64,000 nt of DNA from Thermoleophilaceae bacterium (GTDB lineage: Bacteria > Actinomycetota > Thermoleophilia > Solirubrobacterales > JACPNS01). The translations under genes were made by a program, and so were the position numbers. Every line of letters begins with the position of its first letter. Position 1 is the stretch's first letter. The notes below the pieces were generated by a model. That model was given only the letters and a program-made list of their open reading frames with translations, was not told the origin of the DNA and did no database searches. Location of the stretch: the NCBI GenBank assembly GCA_016462645.1, contig JAEMSX010000002.1, forward strand, positions 57,481 through 121,480, in the 5' to 3' direction. Positions 10,399-19,684 of this stretch are shown here, piece after piece.

Positions 10399-10427
10399 TC
10401 TCAGCCTGTTTCTCAGGTTTCTCTCAG
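10399..10427 (+). promoter_or_regulatory. Three direct TCTCAG repeats (11-12 bp period) upstream of the htrA-like gene
   Basis: TCTCAG at 10399-10404, 10411-10416 and 10422-10427 within gTTCTCAGcctgTTTCTCAGgTTTCTCTCAG. About 115-140 nt upstream of the ATG at 10541. Confidence 0.45.
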
Positions 10428-10540
10428 ACAACGCCGCGATTATTGATCGTGGTTTGAGCACGAATTGCGGAATAAAATCCGCCCGCACCGAGGCTTCAGA
10501 ATCGGTGTTCATGTGCCGAACCCCCTGCTAAACAAAGGAC

Positions 10541-11797
10541 ATGAACTCGATGAACGACTTTGACCACACCCCTCAGCCCCCCGCATCCGGCGGCGGCTCG
10601 AGTGCCGGACTCTCCTTCGTATCGGCGATCATCGGCGGCGCGATCGTTGCCGCGATCGTCGCCGCGCTGATTGCCACGGGCGTGATCGGTGGCAAGGAGA
10701 CCGTCGTGCAGGGCGGCGGCGTGGCCGCGACCACTGCCAACGCCACGGGCGACTCCAAGACTGTCGGCGCGATCTACAAGGAATCCTCTCCCGCGGTCGT
10801 CTCGATCGCAGCGCGCGTATCGACCGGCGGCGAGAGCACCTTCGGCCAGGAGCAGGAAGGCACCGCGACCGGCACCGGCTTCGTGATCAGCGACGACGGC
10901 TACATCATCACCAATGATCACGTCGTGGACGGCCACCAGGGCGACGTCAAGGTGACCTTCAACGACGACAAGAGCATCACCGGCAAGGTGATCGGTCAGG
11001 ATCCGTCCAACGACGTCGCGATCGTCAAGGTCGACAAGGGTGACCACAAGCTGACGACGCTCCCGCTCGGAGACTCCGGCAAGGTTGCGGTCGGCGATCC
11101 GGTGGTCGCGATCGGGAACCCGTTCGGCCTCAACCAGACCGTCACCACCGGAATCGTCTCTGCGCTCCAGCGCACGATCACGGCACCGAACAACTTCTCG
11201 ATCGACAACGTGATCCAGACCGACGCCGCGATCAACCCCGGTAACTCCGGCGGCCCGCTGATCAACGGAAGCGGCGAAGTGATCGGCATCAACAGCCAGA
11301 TCGCCACCGGCGGCAGCGGCGGCAGCGGCGGAAACGTCGGCATCGGATTCGCGGTGCCGATCAACACGGTCAAGCGCATCATCCCGCAGCTCGAGAAGAA
11401 CGGCAAGGTTGACTACGCCTACCTCGGCGTCTCGACCGGCACGCTTCCGTCCGCGGCGGCCGAGCGTCTCAAGCTCGGCACCGACGAAGGTGCGGTTGTG
11501 GCCTGTGTCGTCAAGGACGGACCGGCCGCCAAGGCCGGCCTGACCGCAGGCGGACAGGACACGGCGACGATCGACGGCGCCCAGTTCAACCTCGACGCGG
11601 ATGTGATCACGAAGATCGCCGGCGAGGACGTCAAGACCAGCACGGACGTCCAGAAGGCGGTGCTCAAGAAGCAGCCCGGCGACGAGATCGAGATCGAAGT
11701 CACCCGCAACGGTGAGGACAAGACGCTGAAGGCCAAGCTCGGCTCGCGTCCCACCGACACGCAGAACAACTGCAGCGTCGCCCAGACTCAGCCGTAG
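10541..11797 (+). CDS. HtrA/DegP-family (S1C) serine protease with N-terminal TM anchor and one PDZ domain
   Basis: 418 aa. The catalytic His/Asp/Ser are in ITNDHVV, NDVAIVKV and GNSGGPL. C-terminal PDZ-like segment (GAVVACVVKDGPAAKAGL). Confidence 0.9.
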   Translation: MNSMNDFDHTPQPPASGGGSSAGLSFVSAIIGGAIVAAIVAALIATGVIGGKETVVQGGGVAATTANATGDSKTVGAIYKESSPAVVSIAARVSTGGESTFGQEQEGTATGTGFVISDDGYIITNDHVVDGHQGDVKVTFNDDKSITGKVIGQDPSNDVAIVKVDKGDHKLTTLPLGDSGKVAVGDPVVAIGNPFGLNQTVTTGIVSALQRTITAPNNFSIDNVIQTDAAINPGNSGGPLINGSGEVIGINSQIATGGSGGSGGNVGIGFAVPINTVKRIIPQLEKNGKVDYAYLGVSTGTLPSAAAERLKLGTDEGAVVACVVKDGPAAKAGLTAGGQDTATIDGAQFNLDADVITKIAGEDVKTSTDVQKAVLKKQPGDEIEIEVTRNGEDKTLKAKLGSRPTDTQNNCSVAQTQP

Positions 11798-11861
11798 TCC
11801 GGCAGCGCATCGAGAACGCCTTGCGGCGGACCGTCGTCACGGTCATGTCAGAATTCCGACC

Positions 11862-12703
11862 GTGACGACGGATTCGCCCGAAAACCAGGATCTCCCGGAG
11901 GTAGTTGACCCGGACGCGATCAAGCCCGCAGCACGCGCCAGAACGCGCGTCAAGATCTGCGGGATCACCCGCGTCGAGGACGCCCAGCTTGCGGTGCAGA
12001 ACAACGTCTGGGCGCTGGGCATGATCATGTGGCCCGCCAGCCCGCGTTACGTCGCGCCGCAAGCCGCCGCCGACATCGCAGACAGCGCGCGCAAGTCCGC
12101 AGAGATCGCCGGCGTGTTCGTCGATCAGCCGCTTGACGAGGTGGTCGCGCTGACCGCCGAGATCGGCCTGACGCTGGTGCAGCTCCACGGCAACGAGGGC
12201 AAGCACTTCTGCCAGGCGATCGTCGAGCGCACCGGGGCCCGCGTGATCAAGGCATTCCGCGTCCAGGGACGCGACGTGCTGGGTGAAATGGGCAAGTTCT
12301 ACGGCGTCGACTTTCATCTGCTTGACACCTACAAAGCCGGGATCCCCGGCGGAACCGGCGAGACCTTCGACTGGAGATTCCTGCTGGACACCCCGCGCCG
12401 CGGCGATGTGCCGCTGATTCTTTCTGGCGGGCTGACCCCCGAGAACGTGGCCGGCGCGATCGAAATGGTCGGTCCGTACGCCGTTGACGTCTCCTCGGGC
12501 GTGGAGTCCGAGCCGGGAATCAAGGACCCGGAGAAGCTCGCCGCATTCTTCGCCGCCGTGGAAGGCGCCGAATCCCCGCGTCACGCGGTGCCGGACGCTC
12601 CGCTCACCGGTGCTGAGGAAGAAGTCCTCACGCTTGCCTACACCCGCCGCATCGCCGCAGAGCAGGAACTCGCCGCCCGCAAACCGTCAGGCCAGGATCG
12701 CAA

Positions 12704-12707
<4 letters not shown>
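11862..12707 (+). CDS. trpF: Phosphoribosylanthranilate isomerase with N- and C-terminal extensions
   Basis: 281 aa, GTG start. Core [12 protein letters not shown] ... LLDT..GGTG..FDW ... ILSGGL.PENV ... [12 protein letters not shown] overlap with trpB. Confidence 0.88.
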
Positions 12708-13929
<1,222 letters not shown>

Positions 13930-13930
<1 letters not shown>

Positions 13931-14742
13931 TGGGCTCGGTCGAGACGGCCTCCGGCGTGGAGCGGATCGCCGCTGCGTTCGCGGGCCACGGCCGCAAGGC
14001 GGCGTTGATGCCGTACTTGATGGGCGGGTACCCCACGACCGACGACTCGCTGCGGATCGCCCAGGCGTACATCGACGGCGGCGCGGACCTGATCGAGTTC
14101 GGCCTGCCGTTCAGCGACCCGCTGGCGGACGGTCCCGTGATCCACGGAGCGGCCGTCGATGCGCTCGCCAACGGCGTGGTCATCGAGAAGCTGCTTGACG
14201 GCATCGCGCCGATCGCGGCGCAGGTGCCTGTGCTCGTGATGACCTACTTCAACCTGATCGAGGCACGCGGGGTCGAGCGTTTCCTCGGACGCGTCGCGGA
14301 TCTTGGCGTCAGCGGCCTGATCATCCCGGACATTCCGCTCGAGGAGTCGAGCGTGCTGCTGGAGCCGTGCGACCGCCACGGTCTGGCCCTGATTCCCCTG
14401 ATCGCACCAACCACGCCCGATGACCGCATGGCCGACATCTGCGCGCAGGCGCGTGGCTTCATCTACACAGTCGCAGTGACCGGCACGACCGGTGAGCGCA
14501 GCGCCGACGCGGAGGGTCTTTCGACGCTCGTCGGTCGCGTGCGTGCACACACCGATCTGCCCGTGGCCGTCGGGTTCGGCATTTCAGACCCTGAGCAGGC
14601 CGCCCGCGTGGGCGCGGTCGCAGACGGCGCGATCGTCGGCACCAGGCTGGTGCGTGAGGCGCGTCAGGCGCACGAAGGCGGGGGAGACCCGGTCCCGGCC
14701 GTGCTCGACCTGGTCAAGTCCTTTTCCGACGCGCTGTCCTGA
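13930..14742 (+). CDS. trpA: Tryptophan synthase alpha chain
   Basis: 270 aa. GADLIEFGLPFSDPLADGPVI, VGFGIS. Start overlaps the trpB stop. Confidence 0.95.
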
Positions 14743-14780
14743 CCGGATCGACGCCGCGCAGCGCGCTAATCTCCCGGCCC

Positions 14781-14954
14781 ATGATCAACCTTGTCGCACT
14801 TGTTCTGGCCGCCATCCTGTACCTGTTCATCTGGTCCATGGGAGTTGGCGCCCTGACTGCCGCACTGATTCCGGCGCTGATTCTGATCATCGCCGCAGCG
14901 GCCTACACCTACATCCCGCTGATCAAGAAGACCATCCACGGGACTCAGCAATAG
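14781..14954 (+). CDS. Unannotated 57-aa hydrophobic peptide (two predicted TM helices)
   Basis: Below the 60-aa track cutoff. ATG 14781 to TAG 14952-14954: MINLVALVLAAILYLFIWSMGVGALTAALIPALILIIAAAAYTYIPLIKKTIHGTQQ. Mostly G/C-ending codons. Confidence 0.45.
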   Translation: MINLVALVLAAILYLFIWSMGVGALTAALIPALILIIAAAAYTYIPLIKKTIHGTQQ

Positions 14955-14985
14955 CCGCCATTCGGCGGATTGCCCGTAGCGTCTT

Positions 14986-16023
14986 CTAGCCGAAGAACTT
15001 GCGCGCGACCTCGACGTACTGCATGTCGACGGTCTTGACGTCTGTGATGCCGCTCAGCGGGACCGAGACGATGTCGTTGCCGATAAGTGCGGCCATGTGG
15101 CCAAAGTCTCCGTTGATCGCGCATTCGGCCGCCTGCACGCCGTAGCGGGTCGCGAGGATCCGGTCGGTCGCCGTCGGGGTGCCGCCGCGCTGGAGGTGCC
15201 CGAGCACGGTGACGCGTGACTCGTAGCCGGTAAGCGCCTCGATCTCCGAGGCAAGCGCCGCTCCGATGCCGCCCAGGCGCGGGTAGCCGTAGTCGTCGGT
15301 CGACTCGTTGGCGCGAATCTGTCGCGAATCGCCGGATGCGAAGGCGAGGTTTGCGCCCTCGGCGGCGACGATGATCGAGAAGTTGGCTCCGGCCTCGTGG
15401 CGCGCCTTCAGTTTTTCGGCGATCTCCTCGACGGGTGTGTCGAACTCCGGGAGCACGACTCCGTCGGCGCCACCTGCGATCGCCGAGAACAGCGCGATCC
15501 AGCCACTGTTGCGGCCCATCACCTCAAGCACGATCAGGCGGTCATGCGATGCCGCCGTCGTGTGCAGGCGGTCGAGCGCGTCGGATGCGATCTGCACCGC
15601 AGTGTCAAAGCCGAAAGTGAAGTCCGTGCCGACGACGTCGTTGTCGATCGTCTTCGGAACGCCGATCGTCGGGATGCCCTCCTCAAGGTAGAGCCGGCGG
15701 GTCATCATCATCGTGTGCTCGCCGCCGATCGCGATGATCGCGTCGAAGCCGTCCTCCTCGACGGCCTGCTTCACGAGCTGGATGCCGTCCTCCTCGCGGT
15801 ACGGGTTGTAGCTCGAGGTGCCGATGATCGTGCCACCGAGGTGCAGGATCCCGCGAATCTTCGTGCGATCGAGCGGGATGTAGTCGCGCTTCGCGAGTCC
15901 GCGATAGCCGGACTTCAGGCCGACGGCCTCGTGGCCTTCCTGCTGGAGCGTGCGCGCCGCTGCGCGGATGACTGCGTTGAGTCCGGGGCAGTCGCCGCCC
16001 GCGGTGAGGATCCCGACCTTCAT
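14986..16023 (-). CDS. pfkA: 6-phosphofructokinase (PfkA family)
   Basis: Start placed at MKVGILTAGGDCPGLNAVIR (CAT at 16021-16023). 345 aa. GGEHT, PKTIDND, MGR motifs. Confidence 0.9.
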   Translation of the reverse strand: MKVGILTAGGDCPGLNAVIRAAARTLQQEGHEAVGLKSGYRGLAKRDYIPLDRTKIRGILHLGGTIIGTSSYNPYREEDGIQLVKQAVEEDGFDAIIAIGGEHTMMMTRRLYLEEGIPTIGVPKTIDNDVVGTDFTFGFDTAVQIASDALDRLHTTAASHDRLIVLEVMGRNSGWIALFSAIAGGADGVVLPEFDTPVEEIAEKLKARHEAGANFSIIVAAEGANLAFASGDSRQIRANESTDDYGYPRLGGIGAALASEIEALTGYESRVTVLGHLQRGGTPTATDRILATRYGVQAAECAINGDFGHMAALIGNDIVSVPLSGITDVKTVDMQYVEVARKFFG

Positions 16024-16135
16024 TGGCGCGAGTATATGAGCGCAAAGCTGGAGCCCGTGTTGCCATCCGGACAACGATCGGGTGCGCGCGTTCGCCGCAT
16101 TGGCGTACGGGCGACGGGGCTAGGCTTGCCGCTCG

Positions 16136-16963
16136 ATGCGCCTGAAACTGGCAAGAATCGCGGCCGTGGCCGTCGCCGCCGCGCTGGCAGCGGGATTGGC
16201 CGGGTGTGGGGGCTCGGATGAGAGCCTCCCGCTGCGCCAGATCTCGATCCAGGGACCGACCTCGGGCCCGCTTGCGCCGCGCGTTGCCGATATCCGGAGG
16301 GCCGCGTCGCTTGAACTTGAGGCGATCAACGGGGACACGAACGGTTCGCGGCTGAAGCTGGTGGATGAACCCAGCGGGAACTCGATCGCGACGATTGACG
16401 CGCTGGCAGATGCTTCGCTCTCTGCACCCGGCGAACTTGTGGTCTCGCTGAATCCCCCGCTGCTGCGCTCGACCAGACCCGCGAGGGGCACGCGGGAGAT
16501 TTCGCTGTTGCCGCCGGTCGGCCTGGCGGATGCCGCGCACGAGAGCTACGCCGCGTCGGGCGCTTCCGGCGCAACGAACTCAGTCGTGGATACGCCGCTG
16601 ATCTCGGGCACTCCTCGCCGCACGTACGTGACTCCGGCACTCTCGTCCGACAACTATCCGCCGGCTGGTCGTGACTTCTTCGAGAAGTTCGAGAGGAAGT
16701 ACGGCCGCGCCCCAGATCGGTACGCAATCTACGGATATGAGGCCGTTGGCTTGATCGTGGACGCGATCACCCGCTTGGAAAAGGCCGGGGACGCAGTGAC
16801 TCAAGCTTCAGTCGCCAAGTCAGCGCTGGCGATCCGCAACCGCTTCAGCCCGGTCGGCCACTACGACGTCCTGCCGTCAGGCCAGACCACGCTCTACGTG
16901 TTCCAGGCGCGGGGCAGGGGCGCGCCGCCCGGCCAGGCTGCGTTGATCGAGGCGCTCCGCTAG
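16136..16963 (+). CDS. Lipoprotein, periplasmic-binding-protein (type 1, Leu/Ile/Val-binding-like) fold, no cognate ABC genes adjacent
   Basis: Signal peptide plus lipobox (AAGLAGC GGS). C-terminal half resembles amino-acid SBPs (YGYEAVGLIVDAI). The functional call is weak. Confidence 0.55.
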   Translation: MRLKLARIAAVAVAAALAAGLAGCGGSDESLPLRQISIQGPTSGPLAPRVADIRRAASLELEAINGDTNGSRLKLVDEPSGNSIATIDALADASLSAPGELVVSLNPPLLRSTRPARGTREISLLPPVGLADAAHESYAASGASGATNSVVDTPLISGTPRRTYVTPALSSDNYPPAGRDFFEKFERKYGRAPDRYAIYGYEAVGLIVDAITRLEKAGDAVTQASVAKSALAIRNRFSPVGHYDVLPSGQTTLYVFQARGRGAPPGQAALIEALR

Positions 16964-18429
16964 TTGCGTCCGGCAACGGCCGGCATGTCAATCGTCGGCG
17001 AAGTGTCCGCGACTTCCTGAGACACGCCGCTACGAGCAGCCTCATCGCGCACGGCCTTGGCGACTTCGATCGCAACATCGCGGTTGAACACCGACGGGAT
17101 GATGTAGTCCTCGGAGATCTCGGCCTCGGGCACGCACGCGGCGATTCCCTTGGCGGCGGCCATCTTCATCTCGTCCGTGATCTTCGTCGCGCGGGCGTCC
17201 ATCGCACCGCGGAAGATTCCCGGGAAGCAGAGCACGTTGTTGATCTGGTTCGGGTAGTCGCTGCGGCCGGTGGCCATGATGCGCACGTACGGGGCGGCCT
17301 CTTCAGGCATGACTTCCGGCGTGGGGTTCGCCATCGCGAAGACCATCGCGTCGGAGTTCATCTTTGCGAGTGACTTGGCGTCAAGCACGCCGGGGCCGGA
17401 GAGGCCGACGACGAGGTCGGTGCCCTCGATCACTTCGTTGGGCCCGCCAAGACGCTTGTCCTTGTTGGTGTGCTCGGCGTACCACTGCTTGACCGGGTCG
17501 AGGTCCTCGAAGTCTTCGCGGGTGGTGCTGAGCGCGCCCTTGCGGTCGCAACCGATGATGTCGTCAACACCTGCGGCCTCGAGCATCTCGGTCACGGCGA
17601 TACCGGCGGCGCCGAGGCCCAGCATCAGCACGCGCATGTCGGAGATCTTCTTGCCAGTGACCTTGCATGCGTTCATCAGCGCGGCGATCGCAACGACGGC
17701 GGTGCCGTGCTGGTCGTCGTGAAAGACCGGAATGTCGAGCGATTCCTTCAGGCGGCGCTCGATCTCGAAGCAGCGCGGCGAAGAGATGTCCTCAAGGTTG
17801 ATGCCGCCGAAGGTGGGGGCCAGCAGCTCGACGGTGCGCACGATCTCGTCCGGGTCCTTGGTGTCAAGGCAGATCGGGAAGGCGTCGATTCCGGCGAACT
17901 CCTTGAAGAGCATCGCCTTGCCCTCCATGACCGGCATTGCGGCCTCCGGGCCGATGTCTCCCAGTCCGAGCACGGCGGTGCCGTCGCTGACGACGGCCAC
18001 GGTGTTGGCCTTGATCGTGTACTTGTAGGCCTTCTCGACGTTCTCGTGGATCGCCATGCAGACTCGGGCGACGCCCGGGGTGTAGGCCATTGAGAGGTCA
18101 TCACGGGTACGCAGCGGATGCTTGTTGTGCTGCTCGATCTTGCCGCCCTGGTGCATGTTGAAGGTGCGGTCAGTGGTCTCCAGCAGCTTCGCGCCGCGGA
18201 TCTCCAGCAGAGCAGAGATGATCTCCCGGTAGTGGTCCTGGTTGCGGGCCGCGACGACGATGTCGCGGATCGTCATGTCGTCCTTGGACCCGGTGATGTC
18301 GATCGCCGAGATTTCACCGCCGGCCTGGCTGATCGCGCCCGTTACACGCGGAAGCGTGCCTTCGCGGTTGTCAATCGCGACTGAAAGGGTGATGCTGTAA
18401 CTGGCGGATGGTGAGGGCGTCGTTGCCAC
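16960..18429 (-). CDS. NAD(P)-dependent malic enzyme with N-terminal ACT-like domain
   Basis: 489 aa, GTG start. The first ~80 aa look ACT-like (ITLSVAIDNREGTLPRVTGAISQAGGEI). Then LSMAYTPGVARVC, GTAVLGLGDIG, LGLGAAGIAV. Confidence 0.9.
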   Translation of the reverse strand: MATTPSPSASYSITLSVAIDNREGTLPRVTGAISQAGGEISAIDITGSKDDMTIRDIVVAARNQDHYREIISALLEIRGAKLLETTDRTFNMHQGGKIEQHNKHPLRTRDDLSMAYTPGVARVCMAIHENVEKAYKYTIKANTVAVVSDGTAVLGLGDIGPEAAMPVMEGKAMLFKEFAGIDAFPICLDTKDPDEIVRTVELLAPTFGGINLEDISSPRCFEIERRLKESLDIPVFHDDQHGTAVVAIAALMNACKVTGKKISDMRVLMLGLGAAGIAVTEMLEAAGVDDIIGCDRKGALSTTREDFEDLDPVKQWYAEHTNKDKRLGGPNEVIEGTDLVVGLSGPGVLDAKSLAKMNSDAMVFAMANPTPEVMPEEAAPYVRIMATGRSDYPNQINNVLCFPGIFRGAMDARATKITDEMKMAAAKGIAACVPEAEISEDYIIPSVFNRDVAIEVAKAVRDEAARSGVSQEVADTSPTIDMPAVAGRN

Positions 18430-18509
18430 TGGAATCTCTTTCTCTTCTATCTCTTCTTGATGTTAGGCATGAGCAGGCGTTTACCTGCGCGAGCAGGCAC
18501 TGTGGAGGC

Positions 18510-18533
18510 GTCCGCTTCTGGAAGGAAGCGGAC
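18510..18533. other. Perfect 9-bp-stem hairpin in the intergenic region
   Basis: GTCCGCTTC-tggaag-GAAGCGGAC. Lies downstream of the minus-strand gene ending at 18657. No U-tract, so the terminator role is uncertain. Confidence 0.4.
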
Positions 18534-18656
18534 TAGCTGAGTACTACTACGAGCTTGAGCACGGCGGGGCCAACGATCGTTGCGCTTGCGGCGCAGAAAA
18601 CCTCGTTGGCGGGCGTACTCATGGGTTCAGTATGACAAATGGCGAGACTGATCGCG

Positions 18657-19280
18657 TCATCCGTGTCCAACGGCGACGGCCGAGGCCTTGCATCCGATCG
18701 CTGCGCCTGAGACTTCATAGGCCACGTCGGGATCTGCCTCTCGCCAGACTGAGAGTTCGAATTTCGGCGACGCGTAGAACGGCAGTGTCACGAATTCCTG
18801 TGGGTCAAAGGTGCCGCCGGTGGGCGGTGCAACCGTGTTTGACACAAGAGCAGAGAACCTGAAGGAGACCGCGCTTCCCAGGGATTTGAACGTGAACCCG
18901 ACCGCGCTTGACCCGTTGCACTCTCCAGTCAACTGAGCGAGGCCAGGAATCTCGATAATCGTCGCGTCCGTTCCCTGCGGGAGCGTCGTGTTGTGCGTGA
19001 TCACCCGCGCACTTCCCTGGACGAACGACTCCGGCGCAAGGCCGCCGAGCTTCGCTGAGTTCAGCGCGTTGTCCGCGGAGATGGCCGACGGAACCTTTGC
19101 AAGCTTCGACTCGTTGATCTGGGTGCCGGTCAGCGTGTTCTTCTTCAGCGCCTTACCTGAGATCGTTCCCTTCTTGATCGCTTTGCCGTTGATCTTCACG
19201 GCGGCGTAGCTCGTGCCGCCGAGGGCAACGACGAGGGCAATGATCGAGATCACGAGTGCGGGAGACGGTTTGCGCTTCAT
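18657..19280 (-). CDS. Secreted/anchored protein of unknown function, paralog A (KKN-x-x-TG repeat family)
   Basis: 207 aa. N-terminal TM PALVISIIALVVALGGTSYA, then IKKGTISGKALKKNTLTGTQINESKLAKVPSA. Paralogous to 45891..46571. Confidence 0.75.
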   Translation of the reverse strand: MKRKPSPALVISIIALVVALGGTSYAAVKINGKAIKKGTISGKALKKNTLTGTQINESKLAKVPSAISADNALNSAKLGGLAPESFVQGSARVITHNTTLPQGTDATIIEIPGLAQLTGECNGSSAVGFTFKSLGSAVSFRFSALVSNTVAPPTGGTFDPQEFVTLPFYASPKFELSVWREADPDVAYEVSGAAIGCKASAVAVGHG

Positions 19281-19289
19281 TGAACCAAT

Positions 19290-19622
19290 CTACTCGGCTT
19301 CGTGTGGCCAGAAGACGGAGCTGATGTAGATCGAGCCCAGAAGCACGAGCATCCCGACCTGCACCAACGGACCAATTGAACCGCCGTCGGTCACCACCGC
19401 GATCGTCACGATCGAGATGATCACGCCGACCGCCGCGTACCAGCGCCAGGGCGCGGGGAGCGAGTAGGCCGAATAGATCAGGATCACCAGCGCCGTGGCG
19501 CCGCCGAGCAGGTGCAGCGCGATCCAGCCGCCGCTGAGTCCGAGGACGATCGGGGCGACCGCCAACAACGGGGCGAGGATCGCCACGGCTTTGAAGGCGG
19601 GCTTGGCGCGAACGGCTTGCAT
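19290..19622 (-). CDS. Small integral membrane protein (110 aa)
   Basis: Start placed at MQAVRAKPAFKAVAILAPLL (CAT at 19620-19622). Four hydrophobic segments. The Arg-rich N-terminal part of the track ORF is rejected. Confidence 0.55.
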   Translation of the reverse strand: MQAVRAKPAFKAVAILAPLLAVAPIVLGLSGGWIALHLLGGATALVILIYSAYSLPAPWRWYAAVGVIISIVTIAVVTDGGSIGPLVQVGMLVLLGSIYISSVFWPHEAE

Positions 19623-19684
19623 TGCCGACCGGAGGCTAACGCTCGCTGCTGCCGCCCGGCCGAGCTCTTCTTTAGGATGCGCCC

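Noticed and set aside
16960-16963. 4-nt overlap of the convergent stop codons of the lipoprotein gene and the malic enzyme gene (CTAG)
   Set aside because: The overlap is real but is a trivial consequence of compact convergent genes. There is no evidence of regulatory significance.
18430-18656. Possible tRNA or small RNA gene in the 227-bp spacer
   Set aside because: There is no T-loop (GTTCGAATC-like) or cloverleaf arrangement. The GGTTCAGTATGAC segment does not sit in a tRNA-like context. The region is better explained as a 3' hairpin of the upstream gene plus the promoter and low-GC leader of the malic enzyme gene.
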